Assembly (NCBI GenBank): GCA_046348625.1
Contig: JAXMDX010000010.1
Span: 32,055-96,054, forward strand
Length of the DNA: 64,000 nt
Reading direction: 5' to 3'
Origin: Sphingomonadaceae bacterium
Lineage (GTDB): Bacteria; Pseudomonadota; Alphaproteobacteria; Sphingomonadales; Sphingomonadaceae
Shown here: positions 10,600 through 20,772 of the stretch, piece after piece
Layout of the letters: each line of letters begins with the position of its first letter
Numbering within the stretch: position 1 is the first letter of the stretch
Position numbers and translations under genes: made by a program
Notes under the pieces: generated by a model
What the model was told of the DNA's origin: nothing
Seen by the model: the letters and a program-made list of their open reading frames with translations, nothing else
Database searches by the model: none

Positions 10600-11957
10600 G
10601 CGAGCACCTCCTCAAGCGCAATGGCAAAGGCCTCTATGTCCTCAGGCGTCACCACTTCGGTGACCGCAACGACGAGCCCCTTTTCGAGTTCCGCATTGCC
10701 CGGGTACAGTCGGCCAAGCGATACGCCGCCGAGGACCTTGCGATCCGCCAGCGCGCGAACAACCGGTCGCGCCTCCTTGGGCAGTTTCAAGGCGAATTCG
10801 TTGAAAAAGCTCTCATTGACGAGTGACACACCCGGGACTTTCACCAGTCGTTCGGCAGCCTTGACCGCATGTGCATGGTTGAGTGCCGCCAGATCGCGGA
10901 GGCCACGCTCACCCAGCAGCGTCATATGAATCGAAAAGGCAAGCGCGCAGAGCCCTGCATTGGTGCAGATGTTTGACGTCGCCTTCTCACGCCGGATATG
11001 CTGTTCGCGCGTGGACAAGGTCAGCACGAACCCGCGCTTGCCTTCCGCATCGACCGTTTCGCCGCAAAGGCGACCGGGCATCTGGCGAACGAATTTCTCC
11101 TTGCAGGCAAACAACCCTACATACGGCCCGCCAAACTGGAGGCCGACCCCGATCGACTGGCCTTCGCCGACCACGATATCGGCGCCCATTTCACCGGGCG
11201 AACGAATGGCACCCAGAGCCACCGGTTCGGTGACGACCGCAACAAGCAAGGCACCCTGCTCATGCGCCTTGGCGGCAATGGCCGACAGATCCTCGATGCG
11301 ACCAAGGATGTCGGGATATTGGACGACAACGCAGCTCGTTTCCACGTCGATGGCGGCGAGCAATTGCTCGCTGTCCGTCTTTGCCGAAAGATCGGGTGCC
11401 GAGGTCATCAACCGGTCGCCCGTGAACTTCGCCATCGTCTTCGCAAGGCTCACATAATGGGGATGCAGCCCTGACGAGAGGATTGCCTTTGTCCGCTTGG
11501 TGATGCGCGCAGCCATGCTGATCGCCTCCCAGCAGGCCGTCGAGCCGTCGTACATTGAGGCATTGGCGACGTCGCAGCCGTAAAGCCGCGCGACCTGGGT
11601 CTGGAATTCGAACAGCATCTGCAGCGTGCCCTGAGCGATTTCCGGCTGATAGGGCGTGTAGGCAGTCAGGAACTCGCCGCGCTGGATCAGGTGATCGACG
11701 CTGGCCGGGATATGATGCTTGTAGGCGCCGCACCCCAGAAAGAAGGGATGATGTCCGGCCGCCATATTCTGCCGCGCCAGTGCCGAGAAGTGCCGCTCAA
11801 CCGCCATTTCGCTGGCATGTCCGGGCAGTCCGGAAATCGGACCAGAAAGGCGGGCTTCGGCCGGGACATCAATGAACAGGTCATCGATACTGGCCGCACC
11901 GATTGTTGCGAGCATCGCTTGCCGGTCTGCCGGCGTCAGAGGAAGGTAGCGCATCAA
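10596..11957 (-). CDS. gcvPA: glycine dehydrogenase (decarboxylating) subunit 1
   Basis: 453 aa. N-terminus [19 protein letters not shown] and [14 protein letters not shown] are typical of P-protein subunit 1. Confidence 0.95.
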   Translation of the reverse strand: MMRYLPLTPADRQAMLATIGAASIDDLFIDVPAEARLSGPISGLPGHASEMAVERHFSALARQNMAAGHHPFFLGCGAYKHHIPASVDHLIQRGEFLTAYTPYQPEIAQGTLQMLFEFQTQVARLYGCDVANASMYDGSTACWEAISMAARITKRTKAILSSGLHPHYVSLAKTMAKFTGDRLMTSAPDLSAKTDSEQLLAAIDVETSCVVVQYPDILGRIEDLSAIAAKAHEQGALLVAVVTEPVALGAIRSPGEMGADIVVGEGQSIGVGLQFGGPYVGLFACKEKFVRQMPGRLCGETVDAEGKRGFVLTLSTREQHIRREKATSNICTNAGLCALAFSIHMTLLGERGLRDLAALNHAHAVKAAERLVKVPGVSLVNESFFNEFALKLPKEARPVVRALADRKVLGGVSLGRLYPGNAELEKGLVVAVTEVVTPEDIEAFAIALEEVLA

Positions 11958-12325
11958 AGACCGTTCACATACGCCTTGTAGGCCGCTTCATCCATCAGCC
12001 CGTCGAGCTCCGAAGGGTCGGACAGGGTAAGCTTGAAGAACCAGCCATCCCCTTCGGGGTCGGAATTGACGAGCGCCGGATCACCATCAAGCGCGCCATT
12101 GCCTTGGGTGACCGTGCCTGAAACCGGCGCATAGACGTCGGACGCGGCCTTTACGGATTCCACAACTGCAGCATCGCCACCCTTCTTCACCTGAGTTCCG
12201 GCGGCGGGCACTTCAACAAAGACGATATCGCCCAGCTGGCCTTGCGCATAGTCGGTGATGCCAACGGTTGCGGACGTGCCGTCAACATCGATCCATTCAT
12301 GTTCATCGGTGAAATAGCGGGTCAT
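11954..12325 (-). CDS. gcvH: glycine cleavage system H protein
   Basis: 123 aa. Lipoyl-lysine motif [16 protein letters not shown] is present. Confidence 0.95.
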   Translation of the reverse strand: MTRYFTDEHEWIDVDGTSATVGITDYAQGQLGDIVFVEVPAAGTQVKKGGDAAVVESVKAASDVYAPVSGTVTQGNGALDGDPALVNSDPEGDGWFFKLTLSDPSELDGLMDEAAYKAYVNGL

Positions 12326-13443
12326 TGGACAGCTCCTTTGCGGACGTAATTGTGGGGAACGAAGGGCATTCCGGTCACGATGAGGCCAATCCGCTTGCCA
12401 CGGACTTCTGCGTCCAGCGCGGTGCCGGGGGCTGATTGGTCGGTCGCGACAAAGCCGATGGCAATCGGGGCCTGGACGCTGGGTGCAAAGCCGCCTGAGG
12501 TGATCGTGCCAACTTGGGTGGACCCCGAAAAGATCGTCGCGCCTTCGCGCACCGGCTGGCGCCCATCGACCAGGAAGCCGACACGCTTTGTCGATGTTCC
12601 GTCTTGCAGCGCCTTCAGGATTGGTTCGCTGCCGGGGAAGCCGCCCTCGGTGCGGCGGCGCTTCGATATGGCAAAGCCAAGGCCGGCTGCGATCGGATTG
12701 GTCGCTTCATCAAGATCGTGCCCATAGAGCGGCAAACCCGCTTCGAGGCGAAGGGAGTCGCGGGCACCGAGCCCGATCGGCTTGACCTCGGGTTGCGCAA
12801 GCAATGCATCGGCCAGCGCCGCAACGGCTTCGGCGGGCACGGAGATTTCGAATCCGTCTTCCCCGGTATAGCCGGACCGGCTGATCCACAGCGGCTCATG
12901 GCCCCACAGGAAACTGCCGGCCTCCATGAAGGCGAGCGTCCCGACACCGGGGACGATACGCGCGAGTGCATCGACGGCCCGGGGCCCCTGAAGCGCCAGC
13001 AGGGCACGGTCTTCCATGTGGTTGAGCGTGATTTCGTCGGGCAGGAATTCGCGCAAATGCCCGATGTCATCCCATTTCACAGCCCCGTTGACGACAACAT
13101 AGATGCCCATCGGCGTCTTCGTGACCATCAGGTCATCAAGAATGCCGCCCGCATCGTTCAGGAGCAGGGAATAGCGCATTTGTCCCTCGCTCAGACCTTT
13201 GACGTCTGCGGGAATCAGGGCCTCCAGCGCTTCTTCCGCGCCGTCACCGGCCAGCATCAACTGCCCCATGTGCGACACATCGAACAGGCCCGCGCTTTCG
13301 CGCGTCCACAGATGTTCGGCCATGATGCCTTCATACTGGATCGGCATCGCATAGCCCGCAAACGGAACCATCCGCGCACCCAGCGCGCGGTGCCAGTCTC
13401 CGAGCGGCAATTCGAGGATTTCGGTTTCGTCGTCACTCATCAC
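12322..13443 (-). CDS. gcvT: glycine cleavage system aminomethyltransferase T
   Basis: 373 aa with GcvT-type motifs ([24 protein letters not shown]). First gene of the gcvT-H-PA-PB operon. Confidence 0.95.
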   Translation of the reverse strand: MMSDDETEILELPLGDWHRALGARMVPFAGYAMPIQYEGIMAEHLWTRESAGLFDVSHMGQLMLAGDGAEEALEALIPADVKGLSEGQMRYSLLLNDAGGILDDLMVTKTPMGIYVVVNGAVKWDDIGHLREFLPDEITLNHMEDRALLALQGPRAVDALARIVPGVGTLAFMEAGSFLWGHEPLWISRSGYTGEDGFEISVPAEAVAALADALLAQPEVKPIGLGARDSLRLEAGLPLYGHDLDEATNPIAAGLGFAISKRRRTEGGFPGSEPILKALQDGTSTKRVGFLVDGRQPVREGATIFSGSTQVGTITSGGFAPSVQAPIAIGFVATDQSAPGTALDAEVRGKRIGLIVTGMPFVPHNYVRKGAVQ

Positions 13444-13499
13444 CGGCTCCGTTCCAAAAGATCACAGCACGACCATGCCACTGCATGATCCTGCTGCCC

Positions 13500-13680
13500 C
13501 CTCTGTCACGGAACCTGAGAGCTTTGCCCCGGGGGTTGCCCGGGATTACCCCTTCGGTGGAGCCCGAAATCCGGACTCGCTTTCCAGAGTGTCGCAAAGA
13601 CTGCAGCGGTCCTTTTGCCTGAGAGATTCCGGGGCGGTTGCTCCTTCGGCGATCGGGCTTCCCCGATACTCTCCCGCTTT
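13500..13680 (-). promoter_or_regulatory. tandem glycine riboswitch (two aptamers) in the gcvT leader
   Basis: The minus strand reads GGGAGAGTATCGGGGAAGCCCGATCGCCGAAGGAGCAACCGCCCCGGAATCTCTCAGGCAAAAGGAC (aptamer 1). It continues CTCTGGAAAGCGAGTCCGGATTTCGGGCTCCACCGAAGGGGTAATCCCGGG...CTCTCAGGTTCCGTGACAG (aptamer 2). These match the conserved GGAGAG / ACCGAAGGGGCAA / CTCAGGCAAAAGGAC cores. Boundaries are accurate to about 10 nt. Confidence 0.85.
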
Positions 13681-13770
13681 GCCAGCGACACGACGGCCAA
13701 TGGCTGCAGGCGCAGCCAGTGTCAATCGCTCATTGCCTTTGGACGTCAGAACCCGACGTCAGGATCTGCA

Positions 13771-14424
13771 TCACCGTGTCGCGTTGTACTGAAGCTGGCC
13801 CTGTGTCAGCTGGAAGCCGAGGAGCAGTTCGAAGCTTGCCCGCGAGACCGCTTCGCGGACCTGCGGATCAGCCATCGGGTCGATCGCCGCATCAGCGTCG
13901 CCTGCCTTGCGCTTGCGGGTGATGCGTTCCTGGACCTCGGCCGGCAGGGTCACCGCTGCGCGGTTTACATAGGCGCTTGCGCTCCCTTTGGTTTCAGCGC
14001 GCAAGTCACCGTCATTGAAATGGATCGACACGCGGCTGACACGCTTTGAAACAATGACCCGGCCGCCCTGGACGACAGTGGCAAAATAAGGAAGGACAAC
14101 ATCGCGCGCACCGCTTGCATTGCTGCGCCGGGCCTGCACGTCAAAGCTGGCTGACACGACCACGTCCTCACCCGAATCTGCACAGCTGGAACGGACGTTC
14201 GTGATATCGGCCACCACATCGATGGCGCGCGAATCAAGACTGGCCGGCGGATCGAACAGGGTGATGTCCGCCGTATGGGATGGCACGGCCACGGCCGGGC
14301 AGGCGTCGCGCTTGATGATGATGCCTCCGGACGAGTCAAATTCGCCCTGACGCGCGCACCCGGCGAGCAAAAGGCCGCTGGCGGCGACAACAAAAATCGG
14401 GTTGCGAAACGACACAGGCATCAT
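13771..14424 (-). CDS. hypothetical lipoprotein
   Basis: ORF 13771..14922 trimmed to internal ATG 14424, because the long form overlaps ispH. N-terminus MMPVSFRNPIFVVAASGLLLAGCARQ carries the lipobox LAGC. Confidence 0.65.
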   Translation of the reverse strand: MMPVSFRNPIFVVAASGLLLAGCARQGEFDSSGGIIIKRDACPAVAVPSHTADITLFDPPASLDSRAIDVVADITNVRSSCADSGEDVVVSASFDVQARRSNASGARDVVLPYFATVVQGGRVIVSKRVSRVSIHFNDGDLRAETKGSASAYVNRAAVTLPAEVQERITRKRKAGDADAAIDPMADPQVREAVSRASFELLLGFQLTQGQLQYNATR

Positions 14425-14505
14425 CCTTGAACAGGTACGGTTGCCGCGCGGTATAGGAAGCGGCTTTCCCGGCTGCAAGCAATCGCGTAGGGACTGCAAC
14501 ATATT

Positions 14506-15456
14506 ATGACGGAAAAGCCATCTCTCCATCTCCTGATCGCCGCGCCACGGGGCTTTTGTGCCGGGGTCGACCGTGCCATCCTGATTGTCGACCGCACGCT
14601 CGAGAAATACGGAGCGCCGGTCTATGTGCGACACGAGATCGTCCATAACCGCTATGTCGTGGACGAACTGAAAGCCAAGGGGGCGATTTTCGTCGAGACT
14701 CTTGACGATGTGCCGGATGGTGCGCCGGTTGTGTTTTCGGCGCACGGCGTGCCCAAGGCCGTGCCTGCAAAGGCAGAAGCACGCGGCCTGACCTGGCTCG
14801 ACGCCACTTGCCCGCTCGTTTCCAAGGTCCATCGGCAGGCAGAGCGGCTGGTCGAAGCAGGACGCCATATCATCTTCGTCGGCCATGCCGGCCATCCCGA
14901 AGTGATCGGCACATTCGGGCAAGTCCCCCCCGGAGTCATGACTCTGGTGGAAACGGTGGACGACGTCTTGCGGCTCGAGCCGGCTGACTCGGATGCGCTG
15001 GCCTTTCTGACACAGACAACCCTTTCCGTTGACGATACGGCTGAAATCGTTGCAGCCTTGCGTGCCAGGTTTCCGGGAATCCTCGCGCCACGCGGCGAAG
15101 ACATTTGCTATGCCACGTCAAACCGGCAGGCCGCCGTCAAGGCGATTACCGCCCGGGCTGAGGCCATCTTCGTGATCGGCTCCCCCAATTCATCCAATTC
15201 GCTGCGGCTCGCCGAGGTGGCTGAGCGCGGCAATGTTCCGGCGCGCCTGATCGGCCGCGCCGAGGAGATCGATTTCGACTGGCTGGGCAGTCCGAAAGTG
15301 GTGGGAATCACGGCGGGGGCTTCGGCGCCCGAAATCCTCGTGCGCGAAGTGGTTGCAAAACTGGCAACACGCTTTGCAATCACGGAAGAGGAAGTGAGAA
15401 CCGCAACGGAATCCATGATCTTCAAGCTGCCCCGCGCCCTTACGGAAAATGCCTGA
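14506..15456 (+). CDS. ispH: 4-hydroxy-3-methylbut-2-enyl diphosphate reductase
   Basis: 316 aa of the LytB/IspH family ([29 protein letters not shown]). Confidence 0.95.
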   Translation: MTEKPSLHLLIAAPRGFCAGVDRAILIVDRTLEKYGAPVYVRHEIVHNRYVVDELKAKGAIFVETLDDVPDGAPVVFSAHGVPKAVPAKAEARGLTWLDATCPLVSKVHRQAERLVEAGRHIIFVGHAGHPEVIGTFGQVPPGVMTLVETVDDVLRLEPADSDALAFLTQTTLSVDDTAEIVAALRARFPGILAPRGEDICYATSNRQAAVKAITARAEAIFVIGSPNSSNSLRLAEVAERGNVPARLIGRAEEIDFDWLGSPKVVGITAGASAPEILVREVVAKLATRFAITEEEVRTATESMIFKLPRALTENA

Positions 15457-16132
15457 CACGATCGACAGCGGAAAAGGCCATCGTGCGAGGCTGAGGAAGC
15501 GCCTGATCGAGGGCGGAGGCGATGCGCTGCTCGACCATGAGTTGATCGAATATGTGCTCGCGCTGGCGATTCCACGCATCGACACAAAACCGCTCGCCAA
15601 GGAATTGCTCCGGGAATTCGGCGGCGTTGCCGGGCTGCTGACGGCAGATGCAGACGCACTTGCGCGGGTGAAGGGCATGGGAGACGGCGCGGTTGCCGCG
15701 CTCAAGATCGTGCAAGCCGCGTCGCTCCGCCTGCTGCGGGACCGGATCATGGACAAGCCGGTCCTCGCCAGCTGGCAGGCCTTGCTCGATTACCTCCGCG
15801 CAGACATGGCCCACAAGATGACCGAACGCGTGCGCGTGCTTCATCTCAACAGCCGCAATATGCTCATACGAGACGAAGCCATGGCGGAAGGCTCGATCGA
15901 CCAGGCCGCGATCCATCCGCGCGAGGTCATTCGCCGCGCAATCGACCTGGGATCTGCGGCAATCATCCTGGTCCACAACCACCCGAGCGGCGATCCCGCC
16001 CCCAGTCGTGCTGACATAGCCCTGACGCGCGACATTGCCGATGCCGGCAAGAAACTGGGCATCACGGTCCACGACCATATTGTCATCGGGGCCAACGGCC
16101 ACAGTTCGATGCGCGGCCTTGGTTTGCTGTAG
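15449..16132 (+). CDS. radC: RadC-family JAB/MPN domain protein
   Basis: 227 aa. Has an N-terminal HhH-like region and the JAMM motif [18 protein letters not shown]. Overlaps ispH by 8 nt. Confidence 0.9.
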   Translation: MPDTIDSGKGHRARLRKRLIEGGGDALLDHELIEYVLALAIPRIDTKPLAKELLREFGGVAGLLTADADALARVKGMGDGAVAALKIVQAASLRLLRDRIMDKPVLASWQALLDYLRADMAHKMTERVRVLHLNSRNMLIRDEAMAEGSIDQAAIHPREVIRRAIDLGSAAIILVHNHPSGDPAPSRADIALTRDIADAGKKLGITVHDHIVIGANGHSSMRGLGLL

Positions 16133-16423
16133 AGCGAGGGTTCCCTTGCATTGCCGGACACGTGCGCAAATCGCGCCTTTGGAACGTCTGGCGGAAAATC
16201 GACCTTTCCATGCCTTGACGCCGTGACGTCATCCGCGCATCAAAGGCCTGTCGGCTCCGTTCTGGGTGCCGACATGCACTTGCGCGCTGCCTCCAGCTTC
16301 GGTTCATCGCAGGATGGGCTCGAATTAACGGCACATGCAGCGGACTTGCCGGAACTGTTCATCGATCAGCAAGGTTGACCTGAACAGGCGGGATCCGAAG
16401 TTTCAGCTTGAAGGGTAAGCTCT

Positions 16424-17272
16424 ATGAATTCCATGTCCAAACGATCAGCCATTCTTTTTCTGTTGGCCTTGCCGGCAACCACCAGCCTGTCCGCACAAGC
16501 GCAGGACACCACGCAACCGGCGATCACCGTCACCGGCGCTGCAATGCCCGCAGGGCCCGAGGTCAAGGGCATCATTTCCGCCCGCAATGACGACAAGATC
16601 AAGGTCACCGCAGTCGACGGCACGAGCACGGTCATCGCCTTCACGGATGACACGAAGATCAGCGCTGGCGGCGGCTTTCTCGGCGGAAATCGCGGCAAGT
16701 TGACCACAGACGCCTTGCTCACCGGCTTGCCGGTCACGGTCAAGACCCTGCAAGGACCCAACGGCCTTATCGCAGGTCAGATCACGTTCCGGAACGGCGA
16801 CCTGAAGACCGCACGCATGATCCGCCAGGGAACAGCGCAGCAGTTCGAAGAGCAGACAGCCGCGACCGAGGCACTGCGCGGACGCATGGCCGATATCGAC
16901 AAGTACAATATCAAGAGCACGACAAACGTCTATTTCGATACCGGTCGCGCAGTGCTTTCGCCAAAGGCCAAGGCCGATCTCTGCGCCACCGCGTCCGGGG
17001 CCGAAGCGACGGACAACGCGCTGATGCTGGTCGTTGGTTATACCGATTCAGTCGGCAGCGACGAATATAACCAGACGCTCAGCGAAAAGCGCGCGGCGAG
17101 CGTAATCAACTATCTCCAGCAGGCCTGCCACTGGAAACCCTATCGCATGCTGACCCCGACCGGCATGGCGGAATCAGACCCGCTTGCCAGCAATGACACG
17201 CCGGAAGGCAAGGCCCAGAACCGTCGCGTTTCGGTGAATATCCTCGTCAGCAAGAGCGTCGACGGCATGTAA
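16424..17272 (+). CDS. OmpA-family peptidoglycan-binding protein (exported)
   Basis: 282 aa. Signal peptide is MNSMSKRSAILFLLALPATTSLSAQA. The C-terminal OmpA-like domain reads VVGYTDSVGSDEYNQTLSEKRAASV...NRRV. Confidence 0.85.
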   Translation: MNSMSKRSAILFLLALPATTSLSAQAQDTTQPAITVTGAAMPAGPEVKGIISARNDDKIKVTAVDGTSTVIAFTDDTKISAGGGFLGGNRGKLTTDALLTGLPVTVKTLQGPNGLIAGQITFRNGDLKTARMIRQGTAQQFEEQTAATEALRGRMADIDKYNIKSTTNVYFDTGRAVLSPKAKADLCATASGAEATDNALMLVVGYTDSVGSDEYNQTLSEKRAASVINYLQQACHWKPYRMLTPTGMAESDPLASNDTPEGKAQNRRVSVNILVSKSVDGM

Positions 17273-17305
17273 TCTGCCCGGGGACCCCTTTCGGGGTTTC
17301 CACAT

Positions 17306-17331
17306 CCTCCCCGAAGCCCGCTTCGGGGAGG
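17306..17331. terminator. GC-rich hairpin between convergent genes (possible bidirectional terminator)
   Basis: CCTCCCCGAAG-cccg-CTTCGGGGAGG forms a perfect 11-bp stem. It lies between the OmpA-like stop (17272) and the amidohydrolase stop (17356). No clear U-tract. A smaller hairpin ACCCC-tttc-GGGGT plus TTT sits at about 17284-17300. Confidence 0.45.
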
Positions 17332-17355
17332 GGCCGTCAGCAGGCTCCAACCTCT

Positions 17356-18561
17356 CTACCGTCCAAACCCCTCGGCCAGGAACCGCTCCGCCAGCGCGGC
17401 ATGGACTGCGGCCCCGCGTGCCATCACGCTATCGTCCAGCACCATCCGGTTGGAGTGCAGGCCGCAGCATTGGCGCCAGTCGCTGCCTTCATGACTCGCG
17501 CCGAGGAAGAACATCGCGCCGGGCACTTTTTCAAGAACATAGGCAAAATCCTCCGCGCCCATGATCGGCGCATCAAGCGTCCGCCAGGCCGTTTCGCCGA
17601 ACAGGTCCTCAACTACGGATTGGCCGAATGCGACCGCGCGGCCATCGCAGATGGTCACGGGGAAACCCTGTTCGATCCGCACTTCGGCCGAGGCGCCGTG
17701 CGCGGCAGCAATGCCGGGGCCCAGTCGCTTCAGTTCGGTCGCCACGGCTTCGCGCTGCCGCGGAGACAGCGTTCGGATCGTGCCGAGCAAAGAGGCGGTT
17801 TCGGGGATGATATTGTCCGTCGTCCCGGCAAGGATCCGCCCGATCGTCACCACTGCCGGATCGAAGACCGAAACCTTGCGCGTAACCATTGTCTGGATCG
17901 CCGTCACAATTTCACAGGCTATCGGCACGGGATCGAGCGCATCATGCGGCATCGAGGCATGGCCGCCCCGGCCGGTGATTGTCATGTGCAGCTTGTCCGC
18001 CGAAGCGAGCAAGGGACCGGACCGGCCCGTGAAGATGCCATGCGGCGCATTCGGCATGATGTGCAGCGCAAAGGCTGCATCAGGCAGCGGGTCGATCAGC
18101 CCGTCGTCCAGCATGAAGCGCGCGCCGTGGTGCCCTTCCTCGCCCGGCTGAAACATGAACATGACGGTTCCGACCAGCGTGTCGCGCTTCGCCGACAGCA
18201 GCCGTGCGGCGCCGACGAGCATGGCGACATGCGTGTCATGGCCGCATGCGTGCATGGCGCCTTCGGTCGCAGAGGCATAGTCGAGCCCGGTATCCTCATG
18301 CAGCGGCAAGGCATCCATATCGCCACGCAGCAGAACGGTGCGCCCATTGTCCGATCCGCGCAGGATCGCGATCAGGCCTGTCGTCGAGGGGCCTTCGCGA
18401 AATTCCAGCGGCAGGCCCGCCAGTGCCGCCTTGATCTTGGCCAGCGTCTTGGGATTTTGAAGTCCCAGCTCGGGCTCGACATGAATCGCACGGCGCAATG
18501 CCACGAGATCGGGAAGGATCGCTTCGGCATCCGCCGTCCAGCCGTTGGTCATCTCGTTCAT
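17356..18561 (-). CDS. M20D-family amidohydrolase (hippurate hydrolase / N-acyl-amino-acid amidohydrolase-like)
   Basis: ORF 17356..18939 trimmed to ATG 18561 (MNEMTNGW...LRRAIHVEPELG). Motifs MHACGHDTH and FQPGEEG are present. ATGA overlap with the upstream ACAD stop. Confidence 0.85.
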   Translation of the reverse strand: MNEMTNGWTADAEAILPDLVALRRAIHVEPELGLQNPKTLAKIKAALAGLPLEFREGPSTTGLIAILRGSDNGRTVLLRGDMDALPLHEDTGLDYASATEGAMHACGHDTHVAMLVGAARLLSAKRDTLVGTVMFMFQPGEEGHHGARFMLDDGLIDPLPDAAFALHIMPNAPHGIFTGRSGPLLASADKLHMTITGRGGHASMPHDALDPVPIACEIVTAIQTMVTRKVSVFDPAVVTIGRILAGTTDNIIPETASLLGTIRTLSPRQREAVATELKRLGPGIAAAHGASAEVRIEQGFPVTICDGRAVAFGQSVVEDLFGETAWRTLDAPIMGAEDFAYVLEKVPGAMFFLGASHEGSDWRQCCGLHSNRMVLDDSVMARGAAVHAALAERFLAEGFGR

Positions 18562-19733
18562 CCTCGTCCTCCGAACAATTGCCGACCTGCCAGATCCAGC
18601 ATGATTTCTTCTGATCCGCCGCCAATCGCATTGACGCGGACTTCTCGGTAGATGCGTTCCACCTTGGAGCCGGTGATATAGCTTGCCCCGCCCAGCACCT
18701 GCGCAGCATCGCGGGCGACCGCTTCGAGCATCCGCGTCGCCTGCACCTTCAGCATCGCGAAATCCGCTGGCTGGTCGCGCCCTTCCTGGACCTGCCAGGC
18801 GCACAGATCGACCCAGGCCTGTGTCGCGTTGATCTGGCGCGCCATGTCGGCGAGCTTGATCCGGATCGACTGGTGCTTGACCAGCGGCTTGCCAAATGTC
18901 TCGCGCTGCTGCGCCCATTCGACCGCTTCCTTGAGGCACACCCGCGCATAGGCGCAGCAGCCCATGGCCATGCCGAGCCGTTCGGAATTGAAATTACGCA
19001 TGATCCCGATGAAGCCGCCATTTTCGGGTCCGATCAGGTTTTCTGCGGGCACTTTCACGTCCTCGAAATGGATCGCCGCCGTATCCGAACAGCGCCAGCC
19101 CATCTTGTCGAGCCGCGTACACGAGACACCGGGCGTTTCCATGTCGATGAGCAGCAGCGACACGCCGCCTGCCCCCGGTCCGCCCGTGCGCACCGCACAG
19201 GTCAGCCAGTCAGCCCGCATGCCGGAGGTGATGAACATCTTCGAGCCATTGACGACATAATGATCGCCGACCCGCTCTGCCTTGGTCCTGAGGTTGGCAA
19301 CGTCCGAACCGCCCGACGGTTCGGTAATGCCGAGCGCAATGATCTTTTCGCCAGCAAGCACCGGGACGGCAACGCGACGCTTCATCTCGTCCGAACCCAT
19401 GGCGAGGATCGGCGGCAAGCCGATGCCGTGGGTCATCAGCGAGGCCGTCAGGCCCCCTGCCCCGACGGCCGACAATTCTTCTGTCTGCGTCAGCCCGTGG
19501 AAGATATCGAACCCTTCGCTATGCCCGCCATAGGCTTCGGGATAGCGCAGCCCCAGAATGCCTGCTTCTGCCGCTTTCCTGTGCAATTCGCGGGGAAGCT
19601 CTCCCTCTGCTTCCCAGCGGTCGATATGGGGTGCGATCTCCTGCGCGACAAAGCGGCGCACCGATTGGGCGAGCGCTTCGTGTGTTTCGTCATAATAGGG
19701 CGATCGGGCACGCCAGCTATCGAAATCCATCAT
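18558..19733 (-). CDS. acyl-CoA dehydrogenase
   Basis: ORF 18558..19835 trimmed to ATG 19733 (MMDFDSWRA...). ACAD-type motifs are present (ALGITEPSGGSDV, GGSEEIM). ATGA overlap with the upstream gene stop. Confidence 0.9.
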   Translation of the reverse strand: MMDFDSWRARSPYYDETHEALAQSVRRFVAQEIAPHIDRWEAEGELPRELHRKAAEAGILGLRYPEAYGGHSEGFDIFHGLTQTEELSAVGAGGLTASLMTHGIGLPPILAMGSDEMKRRVAVPVLAGEKIIALGITEPSGGSDVANLRTKAERVGDHYVVNGSKMFITSGMRADWLTCAVRTGGPGAGGVSLLLIDMETPGVSCTRLDKMGWRCSDTAAIHFEDVKVPAENLIGPENGGFIGIMRNFNSERLGMAMGCCAYARVCLKEAVEWAQQRETFGKPLVKHQSIRIKLADMARQINATQAWVDLCAWQVQEGRDQPADFAMLKVQATRMLEAVARDAAQVLGGASYITGSKVERIYREVRVNAIGGGSEEIMLDLAGRQLFGGRG

Positions 19734-20137
19734 GCAGAAAAGACCTTGTTGGTCACCGCTGCACCGGCCGCGGCTGCAAGTCCCGTCAGGACCGTGCCCC
19801 AGATCATGTCGAGGATCGTGACCTTCAGGCTCCACACCTTCAGCGTCGCATAGTTGGTCAGGTCATAGGTCATATAGGCAAAGAAGCCGAAGGCCGCGCC
19901 ATAGCAGAGTGCCGTCTTCCAGCTTCCGCTTTGCATTGCCGGGCCGACGGCAAAGATCATCATGCCCAGGATATAGAGCAGATAGAACACGATCGCGGGC
20001 GGGAGCCGAAAGCTGTCTGCCAGCAACTCCCCGATTTCGACCTTGTAGAGCCGTTCCGACATGGTCCGCAGCCAGACTGAATCGATCAGCGCAAAGGCGA
20101 TCCCGGTGGCCAGATAAGCAAAGGCGTAACGTCCCAT
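19730..20137 (-). CDS. DUF2177-like small integral membrane protein
   Basis: 135 aa with about 4 TM segments. N-terminus AFAYLATGIAFALIDSVWL resembles the DUF2177 family (from memory). Confidence 0.55.
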   Translation of the reverse strand: MGRYAFAYLATGIAFALIDSVWLRTMSERLYKVEIGELLADSFRLPPAIVFYLLYILGMMIFAVGPAMQSGSWKTALCYGAAFGFFAYMTYDLTNYATLKVWSLKVTILDMIWGTVLTGLAAAAGAAVTNKVFSA

Positions 20138-20149
20138 GTCAAACTTCTC

Positions 20150-20764
20150 CTACATTTTTACATAACCCGGTTCAGCCGCAACGCGCGCCAGCCAGGCCGA
20201 GATCGACGGATAGAAGGAGAGGTCGAACGCACCACCCTCTTCCGCGACATGGGTGTAGGCGTAAAGCGCAATATCCGCGAGCGTGATGCTTTCGCCCACG
20301 AACCAGTTCCGCGTCGCCAGATGATCGTCCATCAGCTTCAGCGCCGCATCGCCTGCGATTTTCTTGCCCGGCACCAACGACTTTTGCAGTTCGGACAGGC
20401 TGTCTTCACCGACAAAGGCCAGCCAGAACCGCAAGGTGGCGACATTGGGTTCGTGATTATACTGCTCGAAGAACATCCAGCGCAGCATGTCCGCACGATC
20501 GAAGCGATCATCCGGAATGAGCCTGGACCCGTCAGCCAGATAGAAACAGGCGGCACTGCTTTCCGGCAGGAACCGGTCCCCGATCTGGAGCACGGGAATG
20601 CGCCCGTTGGGATTGATGAAATTGAGAAACTGGGGGGTGCGGGTCTCACCGTGCAGGACACTATAGGCCCGGCATTCCATGCGCAGCCCGAGCAGGGCTG
20701 CCGTCAGCTTGATCTTGTAACAGTTGCCCGAGATCGGATCTTCATGGAGGACAAGCTTTTCCAT
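20150..20764 (-). CDS. glutathione S-transferase family protein
   Basis: 204 aa. Has an N-terminal thioredoxin-like GST fold (ISGNCYKIKL...NPNGRIPVL) and an alpha-helical C-terminal domain. Confidence 0.8.
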   Translation of the reverse strand: MEKLVLHEDPISGNCYKIKLTAALLGLRMECRAYSVLHGETRTPQFLNFINPNGRIPVLQIGDRFLPESSAACFYLADGSRLIPDDRFDRADMLRWMFFEQYNHEPNVATLRFWLAFVGEDSLSELQKSLVPGKKIAGDAALKLMDDHLATRNWFVGESITLADIALYAYTHVAEEGGAFDLSFYPSISAWLARVAAEPGYVKM

Positions 20765-20772
20765 TGCGGCTC

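Noticed and set aside
14425-14922. 5' extension of ORF 13771..14922. Similar long-ORF extensions occur at 17356..18939, 27684..28625, 28117..29454, 39080..40189, 40146..41144, 43443..45491, 52789..54165, 57251..58144, 60376..61878 and 61572..62438.
   Set aside because: The extensions overlap neighbouring well-supported genes and lack protein-like composition. Internal ATGs coincide with signal peptides, lipoboxes or conserved N-termini, often with ATGA coupling to the upstream stop.
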